Shown here piece by piece: positions 56,798-64,000 of a DNA stretch of 64,000 nt. Position 1 is the stretch's first letter. Every line of letters starts with the position of its first letter. Source of the stretch: Candidatus Binatus sp. Lineage in GTDB: Bacteria > Desulfobacterota > Binatia > Binatales > Binataceae. The translations under genes and the position numbers were made by a program. The stretch covers positions 12,609 to 76,608 of the forward strand of contig NZ_JBEKFG010000005.1 of NCBI RefSeq assembly GCF_050013435.1. The letters run 5' to 3'. The notes under the pieces are model-generated. The model ran no database searches, was not told where the DNA came from, and was given only the letters and a program-made list of their open reading frames with translations.

Positions 56798-57775
56798 ATG
56801 AAGACGCGCATTACAGAACTCTTCGGTATCAAGCATCCGATCATCCAAGGGGGCATGCATTTTGTTGGGCTTGCAGAACTGGCGGCAGCCGTCTCGAATG
56901 CGGGCGGGCTTGGAATCATCACAGGCCTGACCCAGCGAACGCCTGCCGATTTGGCACGCGAAATTGCCCGCTGTCGCAAGATGACCGACAAGCCATTCGG
57001 CGTGAACCTGACATTCCTGCCCGTCATTAGTAACCCGGATTATCCGGGTTATGTGAAGGCCATCATCGATGGCGGCGTGAGAATCGTTGAGACCGCAGGC
57101 AATAATCCGCAGAAGTGGCTACCCGCGCTCAAGGAAGCCGGCGTCAAGGTCATCCACAAATGCACTTCTGTTCGCCACTCGCTGAAGGCGCAGGCGATTG
57201 GGTGCGATGCGGTGAGCGTCGATGGCTTTGAATGCGGCGGGCACCCCGGCGAAGACGACATCCCAAATATGATCCTGGTGCCGCGCGTCGCAGAGGAATT
57301 GAAGATCCCCTTGGTTGCTTCTGGCGGTATGGCAGATGCCCGATCCTTGGTGGCCTCTCTGGCATTGGGCGCTGATGGAATGAACATGGGCACCCGCTTC
57401 ATTGCCACCAAGGAGGCCCCGGTTCACGAAAACGTCAAAAAGGCCATCCTCGCGGCTTCGGAACTCGATACCCGCCTGATCATGCGCCCGTTGCGAAATA
57501 CGGAGCGGGTACTGGCAAATAAGGCGGTCGATCACATTCTTGAGAAAGAACGGTCGTTGGGTGCCAACCTGAAATTCGAAGATATCATCACGGAGGTTGG
57601 CGGCGTTTATCCCCGCATCATGACCGAAGGTGATATGGATGCGGGCGCCTGGTCCTGCGGCATGGTTGCCGGCCTGATTCACGACATACCGTCATGCCAA
57701 GAACTGATCGACCGCATTATGGCCGAGGCTAAGACGATCATTCGCCAGAGGCTGGAGGGATTTTTGGAGGCTTGA
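56798..57775 (+). CDS. nitronate monooxygenase (second paralog)
   Basis: Start at MKTRITELFGIKHPIIQGGM. DGFECGGHPG motif. AAGGA lies upstream of the ATG. Confidence 0.85.
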   Translation: MKTRITELFGIKHPIIQGGMHFVGLAELAAAVSNAGGLGIITGLTQRTPADLAREIARCRKMTDKPFGVNLTFLPVISNPDYPGYVKAIIDGGVRIVETAGNNPQKWLPALKEAGVKVIHKCTSVRHSLKAQAIGCDAVSVDGFECGGHPGEDDIPNMILVPRVAEELKIPLVASGGMADARSLVASLALGADGMNMGTRFIATKEAPVHENVKKAILAASELDTRLIMRPLRNTERVLANKAVDHILEKERSLGANLKFEDIITEVGGVYPRIMTEGDMDAGAWSCGMVAGLIHDIPSCQELIDRIMAEAKTIIRQRLEGFLEA

Positions 57776-58020
57776 GGCCCTGTCACACAGATCTAATTTT
57801 CGGCGTTGACAGCGGTCGGCAGATGAGCATGGCGATTTGATGGCGCAGGGCGATTGCCTCCAACAGCAGCGCAGTTCAGGTTCGGGGTTCGCTGCGCACG
57901 AGCGGCAGCGCTGCGCTTGTCGGCGTCGCCATAAAGGAGGCTGGCTATGCGTTCGAAACCACCAATGAATCCGTGCCGATTCAGTTTTGAGAAGCCACAA
58001 GTATCATCGTGTCGCGCATA

Positions 58021-58773
58021 TCAATCGATGCGCATGATACCGCGACGTAGTGTTGCTGATCCGTAGGTCTCCTGCGTCAGTGGCGCTCCCAATTCGGCGA
58101 GCACCGCTCGATGCTGCTTTAACGGTGTGCGTAACAATCGATCCTCGATTGGTTTGAGCTTCCCAAAGCTCTCGTGTCTTAGTGCGCGTTCAACAAACGC
58201 GGCCGTTAGAGGCCATCGCACAGCATCGACTCGAAATCGTGTAAATTCTGCGTTCCGAAAGAAGCACGCGATACTGATGTCCGCGATGGAAAGCTTGCCA
58301 AAAATGAAACCCTCAGTCGGAACTTGTTCCTCAAGATAATCGAGGATTTGGGGCATATCTTCGCGGAGAGTCTTTTCGACCGCTGCCTTGTCGGTCGGTT
58401 CACCCCATACGTTCGGTTTGATTGCGACCTGGTTGAATAACCGCCATATGAAGACCTCGCCCATCCGCGAGTCGGCATATTCTTCGAGCCAGCGGGCGCG
58501 AGCTCGCTCAACGATGTTAGTCGGGTATAGCTCAGGCTCCGGATAACGGTCTTCCAGGTACTGGCAGATAACAGAAGAGTCGGCAAGCGTGGTTTGGTCA
58601 TCGATGAAAACTGGAATCCGGCGCAGTGGACTTATACGGGAGAAGCTATCATTGCCGGAGAAAGGTATAATCGGGTCGATCTTATAGGAAATACCTTTCA
58701 GGTCGAGAACCACCAACACCTTGCGAACATAGGGTGACAGATAGCCGCCAATGATCTGTACTGGATGCGACAT
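58021..58773 (-). CDS. glutathione S-transferase family protein
   Basis: 250 aa. N-terminal thioredoxin-like fold (ISPLRRIPVFIDDQTTLADSSVICQYLEDRYP). Confidence 0.8.
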   Translation of the reverse strand: MSHPVQIIGGYLSPYVRKVLVVLDLKGISYKIDPIIPFSGNDSFSRISPLRRIPVFIDDQTTLADSSVICQYLEDRYPEPELYPTNIVERARARWLEEYADSRMGEVFIWRLFNQVAIKPNVWGEPTDKAAVEKTLREDMPQILDYLEEQVPTEGFIFGKLSIADISIACFFRNAEFTRFRVDAVRWPLTAAFVERALRHESFGKLKPIEDRLLRTPLKQHRAVLAELGAPLTQETYGSATLRRGIMRID

Positions 58774-59100
58774 GGTTCCTCCTTATTATTCAACTTGCTT
58801 ATTTCCGGAGGGGAGGCGAATCAGATATAGCCTCGCGCTTTAGGTGCCGCTTACTTCTTCATCATCGCAGGAAGGGTAGCCTGCTGTCTAGCGAGCATCT
58901 CACTGGTTGAAGAACGCACTTGCACGTTTGTCCATCACAGCGCTAAGTTCTGCCGGCCCTACAATTGCACCTGTTGTGGCTACCAACTGGCCTGCCCCCC
59001 GATGCCCATCAGGTGAGAAGTAGGGTCGTTTGATGTATGACCTGCCCCGCAAAAGCTAGTACGACCAGGAGTTGAGAAATCGACCCGGTGTGGTTGGTGA

Positions 59101-59211
59101 GCCGCTTGTGGTTCAGATAGCAGCCCGTCTCGTTTAAGCGCATCAATTCGATAGCGATTCTCGCAGCCGACTCAAATTCCGGTTCAGATGGGAATTTGTG
59201 GCAGGGACAGG
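59101..59211 (-). repeat. about 110-bp inverted repeat, right copy
   Basis: See 54072..54180. Confidence 0.8.
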
Positions 59212-59444
59212 CATAAACACGCCTTGGCTGAATTGAAATAAGAGCCAAGGGTCTCATGCCCAGAAAATAATGCGCAGCAAGCCCGCCCCGATTCGGCGTA
59301 TTTCCTCGTTCGGCCTGCAGCCGATCAAGGTTCCTTCACATTATGGTTTCCTGCTGATTAGCAAAGCTCTCCCCGCAAGAGCGGGGACTAAGATGAGCAA
59401 CATCATTCACGCGCGATCTCTCCCGCGCGCGAACTGTGATTCCG

Positions 59445-59753
59445 TCACGTCAGTTCAATCGATAAGAGCCGGACGTATTGCTGCCCCTGATGCATATCGC
59501 GCTCTACAACCCCGCCCTGTGGAGTTTTGCGCGGAAAGGAAATTTTCACCACGTTCAGGTTATCGACCGCGAAGTATTTTACCAGCGCCGGATCGACGCC
59601 GTATGCCTCCGCGATGCGAGGTGGCGAGATCGCTTCGCTCGCATGGTACTTCCGAAAGCTCTCGTGGTCCTTGAAAAAGAGGTCGATCGTCACCCAAAAG
59701 GGTCCGGCGTTCTTTGACCGGATATAACGGCACGCGTCGCGCAGGTTCGGCAT
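59445..59753 (-). CDS. DUF4387-like small protein (AtuA partner)
   Basis: Start at MPNLRDACRYIRSKNAGPFWVTIDLFF. Sits immediately downstream of the AtuA-family gene, the usual pairing. Confidence 0.7.
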   Translation of the reverse strand: MPNLRDACRYIRSKNAGPFWVTIDLFFKDHESFRKYHASEAISPPRIAEAYGVDPALVKYFAVDNLNVVKISFPRKTPQGGVVERDMHQGQQYVRLLSIELT

Positions 59754-59755
59754 CG

Positions 59756-61141
59756 CTAGGCCTTCGCGTCGAATCGCTTGACCCACTCAATTCGGACCAA
59801 TTCGAGTGGATCATTCACGGCGACAACGTGGTTGAGCTTGAACTCGTAGACGCGTCCGCGTTCGATTTCGGCCGGCGAAAACGGAAACCCGTAGCTCGGA
59901 AGTTCAGTTCCGGCCTCGAGCGGGAAATGAAAGAAATAAGGATTGCAGGTCTTCGCGATCCTGGTGGCCATTTCCTGGGAGGGCGCCGTCGCGACAAACA
60001 GCACACCAACTTCGCGAGGCGGGGTGGCGTCCGATGGCACCGGCAGACCCGATACCGCGTTCCATCCATAGAGCCTCAGCGAAATGTCATAATCCACGCC
60101 TTCACCGATCGAGCGCGACACGCGGCCATGAAGCGCGGCCAGCATGCGATCGTGAAACCGGTCCAGGTTGGCGAGAACGGAAGGGTCCTGGATCCCAATC
60201 AACATGATCGTCTGAAAAGGCCCGCCCGCCGCGCCTTCGAGCTTCATCGTGTACGGTCGCGTCTCCCACCGCGAACCGACGACACGGACCGAACGTTCGT
60301 CAAGCCGATGGTATCGTGCCGCAGTCACGTCCAGGATGCCTCCGGGCTCGATCAGCCGGAACGGATCGCTGTTCTCATAGAGCATGTGCGCCGACACGCT
60401 GTAGGTATCGCAGCGGATCCCCGTCGAAAGCGGTTCCACCACGAAACTGTCCTCGCCGATTCGAAGGAAAACGCCGGAGCCTCGAGCAGGGTCGGTCGTG
60501 CATAGCGCACCGCATTCCGCGATTTTTGCCGCATGCCATGCGGCGCCGGCGCCGCTACCGCGCATCAGAGGAAGCGCCGCGATCACCGCGGTGTCCGTAG
60601 TTCGTCCGCCAAGCACGATATCGGCGCCGGCGTCGAGCGCCGCCATATACGGTTCGGCTCCCATTGCACCGACGATGTGATCGCACGAATCGATCAGCGC
60701 GTCGGTCATCGGATTCGGCGGAAGTAACGCCTGAATCTTGCCCTGGGCGTTCTTTTCCTTCAGCACGCGCTTGTCCTGTTCCGAATAGAGCAGGGCGATA
60801 CGCGGGTGCAGCTTCAGCTCCTCGGCAAGTTCGACGACGATATCCCGTGTCCAGTTCACGCCCGCATCGCCGCCTGCTTGTCCGCACGATCCGATCGTCA
60901 GCGGTATTCGCGCGCGGGCCTGCGCTTCCATCAGAATTTGCAGATCGCGTTTTACTGCCGCGCAACTGTTCTTGGACATTCCCATGGCAAGATAAGCGGC
61001 GCCGCTGTCGGTCGATCCCGCGTCGACGGCGATCGCATGTGCACCCCACGCGATCCCGTTGGCCACCTCCTCGGCACGAATGCCACCCCCAAGCTGCCCA
61101 ACGGGAACAAGAACATTCACTGTCTGCTTCGTGGGGTTCAT
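59756..61141 (-). CDS. AtuA-family (DUF1446, acyclic terpene utilisation-like) protein
   Basis: 461 aa. N-terminal VLVPVGQLGGGI...AIAVDAGSTDSGAAYL. Confidence 0.75.
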   Translation of the reverse strand: MNPTKQTVNVLVPVGQLGGGIRAEEVANGIAWGAHAIAVDAGSTDSGAAYLAMGMSKNSCAAVKRDLQILMEAQARARIPLTIGSCGQAGGDAGVNWTRDIVVELAEELKLHPRIALLYSEQDKRVLKEKNAQGKIQALLPPNPMTDALIDSCDHIVGAMGAEPYMAALDAGADIVLGGRTTDTAVIAALPLMRGSGAGAAWHAAKIAECGALCTTDPARGSGVFLRIGEDSFVVEPLSTGIRCDTYSVSAHMLYENSDPFRLIEPGGILDVTAARYHRLDERSVRVVGSRWETRPYTMKLEGAAGGPFQTIMLIGIQDPSVLANLDRFHDRMLAALHGRVSRSIGEGVDYDISLRLYGWNAVSGLPVPSDATPPREVGVLFVATAPSQEMATRIAKTCNPYFFHFPLEAGTELPSYGFPFSPAEIERGRVYEFKLNHVVAVNDPLELVRIEWVKRFDAKA

Positions 61142-61568
61142 GTCATAGCTTCGCGGGGGCTATGCCGCTATGCCGACGTCGGCCAGATATCGCCGAGCTG
61201 CCGATTTCAGGGAAGGTCTCGGACTTTGGCAGATGATGCGTTCCAAGCAGGTATTGCTTGTTCCTCGTCGCCGGCGATTTGCGTCGTAAGCCGTATCGCT
61301 TCCCCAGCGCCTGCCATACGCGATCACACGACTTCCGCATCGGCACGAGCGATGGGGCCGGGAAGCTGCACGATCCCTAGACGCTCGAATTCATCCCGCT
61401 GCTCAGTGGTAAGCGTGGCGACTCCGCACGAGCGGAAATCCAGATTCTGAAACACCATAGTCAGTGAGACAAGGAGCTTGCAACCGCCAACGGCCGGTAC
61501 TGGTCCGGTCTGGCCGGTTCGACCCGATGTCAACGCCCGACCGCGACCAGATGTACCACCGTCGCGTG

Positions 61569-61624
61569 CCTGTGTGTGGCGAATTGCTGATTCTTGGGGA
61601 AATCAGCAATTCGCCACACACAGG
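61569..61624. repeat. 56-nt palindromic element (24-bp perfect stem, 8-nt loop)
   Basis: cctgtgtgtggcgaattgctgatt-cttgggga-aatcagcaattcgccacacacagg. Confidence 0.95.
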
Positions 61625-61693
61625 TCGAACTCGCGCCAATCTGATCGCGCGGCGGCATTGGCAGCGAGCAACGGCGGCGCTAGTTTGCTGACT

Positions 61694-62491
61694 ATGCCAA
61701 AGCAGTGGGTACGCGATATTGAGATCTATTATGAAGTGCACGGCAGCGGGCCGCAGACGCTGGTGATGGTCCGCGGCCTCGGCTCGAATCTGTGCGCGTG
61801 GTACGAGCAGACCCCGGTGCTCGCGCGTCATTTTCGCACCGTGGTTTTCGACAATCGCGGAGCGGGACGCACCGACAAGCCTGACGCGCCGTACTCGATG
61901 CGGCAGATGGCGGCGGACACGGTCGGGCTGATGGACGCGCTCGCGATTGATCGTGCGGCGCTGCTGGGAATCTCGATGGGCGGAATGATCACGCAGGAGT
62001 TCGCGCTGAACTATCCGGAGCGGCTGAGCGCGCTGATCCTCGGCTGTACGAATTTCGGCGGACCCACTGTGGTGCAGGCCGAGCCCGAAATTATCTCGGC
62101 GGTGATGGCCGGGGCTAACCCGACTCCCGAACAGCGGCGGCTGCAACTCCGCGCGTCGTTCTCGGACGCATCGATCGAAGGCAGACCCGAGTTCCTCGCC
62201 CGGGACGAAGAAATGCGCGCGCTCTATCCGATTCCGCCATTCGCATTCATGCGCCAAATGCAGGCGATCACCGGACACGACACCGGAGCGCGACTCGGCG
62301 CCATCAAGACTCCCACCATGGTGATGGCGGGGCGCGATGACCTGCTGGTGCCGCCGGTAAATGCGAAAATGCTGGCGGAGAAAATTCCCGGAGCAATTCT
62401 CAAGGAGCTGCCGGGCGGACATCTGTTTTTCACCGAGTTTCCGGAGCTGTTCAATCCGCTGGTGATCGAATTTGTGCGATCGCATCCCTGA
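61694..62491 (+). CDS. alpha/beta-fold hydrolase
   Basis: Start at MPKQWVRDIEIYYEVHGSG. GISMGG nucleophile elbow, C-terminal GGHLFF. Confidence 0.85.
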   Translation: MPKQWVRDIEIYYEVHGSGPQTLVMVRGLGSNLCAWYEQTPVLARHFRTVVFDNRGAGRTDKPDAPYSMRQMAADTVGLMDALAIDRAALLGISMGGMITQEFALNYPERLSALILGCTNFGGPTVVQAEPEIISAVMAGANPTPEQRRLQLRASFSDASIEGRPEFLARDEEMRALYPIPPFAFMRQMQAITGHDTGARLGAIKTPTMVMAGRDDLLVPPVNAKMLAEKIPGAILKELPGGHLFFTEFPELFNPLVIEFVRSHP

Positions 62492-62557
62492 CGCGAGGGC
62501 AGATCGTGATGACGATGCGAGAACGAATCTTAATTTATGATTGAACCGCGCCTCCAG

Positions 62558-62612
62558 CCTGTGTGTGGCGAATTACTGATTTCCCCAGAATCAACAATTC
62601 GCCACACACAGG
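62558..62612. repeat. 55-nt palindromic element, inverted copy of 61569..61624
   Basis: cctgtgtgtggcgaattactgatt-tccccag-aatcaacaattcgccacacacagg. The loop is the reverse complement of the first copy's loop minus 1 nt. Two stem mismatches. Confidence 0.95.
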
Positions 62613-62728
62613 CGATCGCGGTTGCGGTTGCGACGTCTGGAATCGACAGCGGTGCGGCGTTTGCGGCCGTGATCGGACTCCTCATCGAAGTACCTGTCAT
62701 GATCGGACTGGTCGATGTTTCGCGCTGA
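62613..62728 (+). pseudogene. acr3: C-terminal remnant of an ACR3-type arsenite efflux permease
   Basis: [36 protein letters not shown] matches the conserved last TM segment of Acr3. Homology starts exactly at the hairpin edge. Confidence 0.7.
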
Positions 62729-62820
62729 GCGCGACGCAGATATTTTCCTACATCGCAGGCCGCAATCGAGGCGGAAGGTAGTCGCAGCGTGAAGAGTGCA
62801 TAACGCCCGCCGGTAGGTTG

Positions 62821-62838
62821 GATGCTCATATGAGCATC
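62821..62838. promoter_or_regulatory. 18-bp perfect palindrome, candidate ArsR operator
   Basis: gatgctcatatgagcatc lies about 60 nt upstream of the likely arsR start. Confidence 0.5.
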
Positions 62839-62899
62839 CGTGGGATCACGGAGCAGGCGCTTGCGTCGTTTATATTTCGATGATACTAGAATTATCGTA

Positions 62900-63271
62900 G
62901 TGAAAGAATTTGTGTCACAACTGAGTGCGCTTGGACAATCCGGCCGGCTGGAGATCTTCCGCCTGCTGGTGCGCGCCGGCCCGGATGGAGCCTGCGTCGA
63001 TGAGATCAGGCGCCGGGTCAAGATGCCGGGCTCGACCCTGTCTCATCACCTCGACGCGTTGACCCGAAGTGGGCTGCTGACGGCGCGTCGCGCGGGGCGA
63101 TTCATCTACTACGCAGTCAATTGGCCGAAAGCCGCGAAGTTGATCCAGTTCATGACCGAGGACTGTTGCGCCGGCCTCCCCAAGCGGCTGGGCGCATCGC
63201 CGGATCGTACGCAATCCGCTAATCGCCCCTGCCGTAAAATAACGGGCAGGTGTGGAGGCCACGATGAGTAA
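62900..63271 (+). CDS. arsR: ArsR/SmtB-family metalloregulator
   Basis: Winged HTH (LGQSGRLEIFRLLV...VDEIRRRVKMPGSTLSHHLDALTRSGLL) and a C-terminal Cys pair (EDCCAG). Start uncertain: GTG at 62900 or 62840. Confidence 0.8.
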   Translation: MKEFVSQLSALGQSGRLEIFRLLVRAGPDGACVDEIRRRVKMPGSTLSHHLDALTRSGLLTARRAGRFIYYAVNWPKAAKLIQFMTEDCCAGLPKRLGASPDRTQSANRPCRKITGRCGGHDE

Positions 63272-64000
63272 CGAATCGATAAGGGAAAAAGTCAGGGAGG
63301 AGTACGCGGAAGTGGCGCGGCGAGCCGCTAACCAGGGCGGCTCATGCTGCGGCGCGGCGGTGCCTGCGGCGAACCCAATCGTGCCCCGGCCGTCTGATCT
63401 TTAAGGCGAGGGCGAGATTGCGTCGCTTCCCGCCGAGGCGGTTGCGGCGTGGGCGGGATGCGGAAATCCAACCGCACTCGCCGAGCTGAAGCCCGGCGAA
63501 ACCGTGCTCGACCTTGGCTCCGGCGGCGGGATCGACGTGCTCCTTTCCGCGCGAAGAGTGGGGCCAACGGGCAAGGTGTACGGGCTCGACATGACCGACG
63601 AGATGCTCGCGGTCGCGCGCGATAGCCAGCGCAAAGCGGGCGTCCAGAACGTCGAATTCCTCAAAGGCGAGATCGAGCATATCCCGCTGCCCGATAATTC
63701 GGTGGACGTGATCATCTCGAACTGTGTGATCAATCTTTCGGCCGACAAGGATCGCGCGCTGCGCGAAGCGTTCCGGGTGCTGAAACCGGGCGGCCGTTTC
63801 GCCGTTTCGGACATCGTGGTGCGCGGCGAGATGCCTGCCGAGATTCGCCGCCGCATCGAGTTGTGGGCCGGATGCATCGCGGGTGCGCTGGAGGAATCGG
63901 AATACCAAACGAAGCTCGCTCAGGCGGGATTCGAGCAGATCGAAATTGAACCGACGCGGATCTACACGGCGGCTGATGCGCCGGCATTTCTTGCGGATAA
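63264..64000 (+). pseudogene. arsM: arsenite S-adenosylmethyltransferase interrupted by an in-frame TAA; runs off the window
   Basis: N-terminal VREEYAEVA...GGSCCG. TAA at 63402..63404. The same frame continues ...[61 protein letters not shown]...[11 protein letters not shown]...[13 protein letters not shown]. Confidence 0.8.

Noticed and set aside
1-64000. Search for CRISPR arrays, rRNA genes, integron attC sites, and integrase or phage structural genes
   Set aside because: None seen. There are no regularly spaced short repeats and no rRNA-like sequence. The only recombinase-type gene is the rve transposase at 54281..55303.

Overview
High-GC (roughly 60-65% by eye) chromosomal segment from a diderm bacterium; I cannot assign a lineage from sequence alone. 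There is no rRNA and no CRISPR array. Most of the window is ordinary metabolism: alpha/beta hydrolases, two GSTs, glgP, a P-type ATPase, an acyl-CoA dehydrogenase, galU, dksA, larC, queE and two nitronate monooxygenases. Several accessory insertions interrupt this backbone.

Main points:
1. An eight-gene respiratory cluster (18.7-26.1 kb) encodes a porin, two monoheme cytochromes c, a GltD-like FAD/NAD(P)H plus 2x[4Fe-4S] oxidoreductase, a Rieske protein, cytochrome b, a tetraheme cytochrome c and another monoheme cytochrome c. A near-consensus sigma-54 promoter precedes it.
2. A sigma-54 enhancer-binding protein (31.7-33.2 kb) is surrounded by further -24/-12 candidates. These sit in front of USP-CBS, CBS and small unknown genes, which suggests a local sigma-54 stress/redox regulon.
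3. One architecture recurs. Accessory cassettes sit at convergent gene junctions and are bracketed by long direct repeats (46-86 bp, about 200 bp at a tRNA) that duplicate the 3-prime end of the neighbouring gene. The cassettes are a membrane protein, MFS plus ArsB-like transporters, higBA, and a 5.4 kb island next to tRNA-Ala. None carries a recombinase.
4. Downstream of tRNA-Ser lies a decayed Rhs locus with an unrecognised C-terminal tip and an FGE-domain lipoprotein in the immunity position. It is followed by an orphan B12-radical-SAM gene.
5. About 110-bp inverted repeats bound a 5.1 kb block holding an rve-type transposase and three redox/detox genes.
6. Two near-identical 55-56 nt hairpins with 24-bp stems bracket a single alpha/beta-hydrolase gene. 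One abuts the breakpoint of a truncated acr3. The adjacent ars locus is decaying: arsM has an in-frame TAA at a conserved Tyr codon.

All calls come from reading the sequence and the ORF translations. No database search was run, so family names are recognitions from motifs and start codons are approximate.
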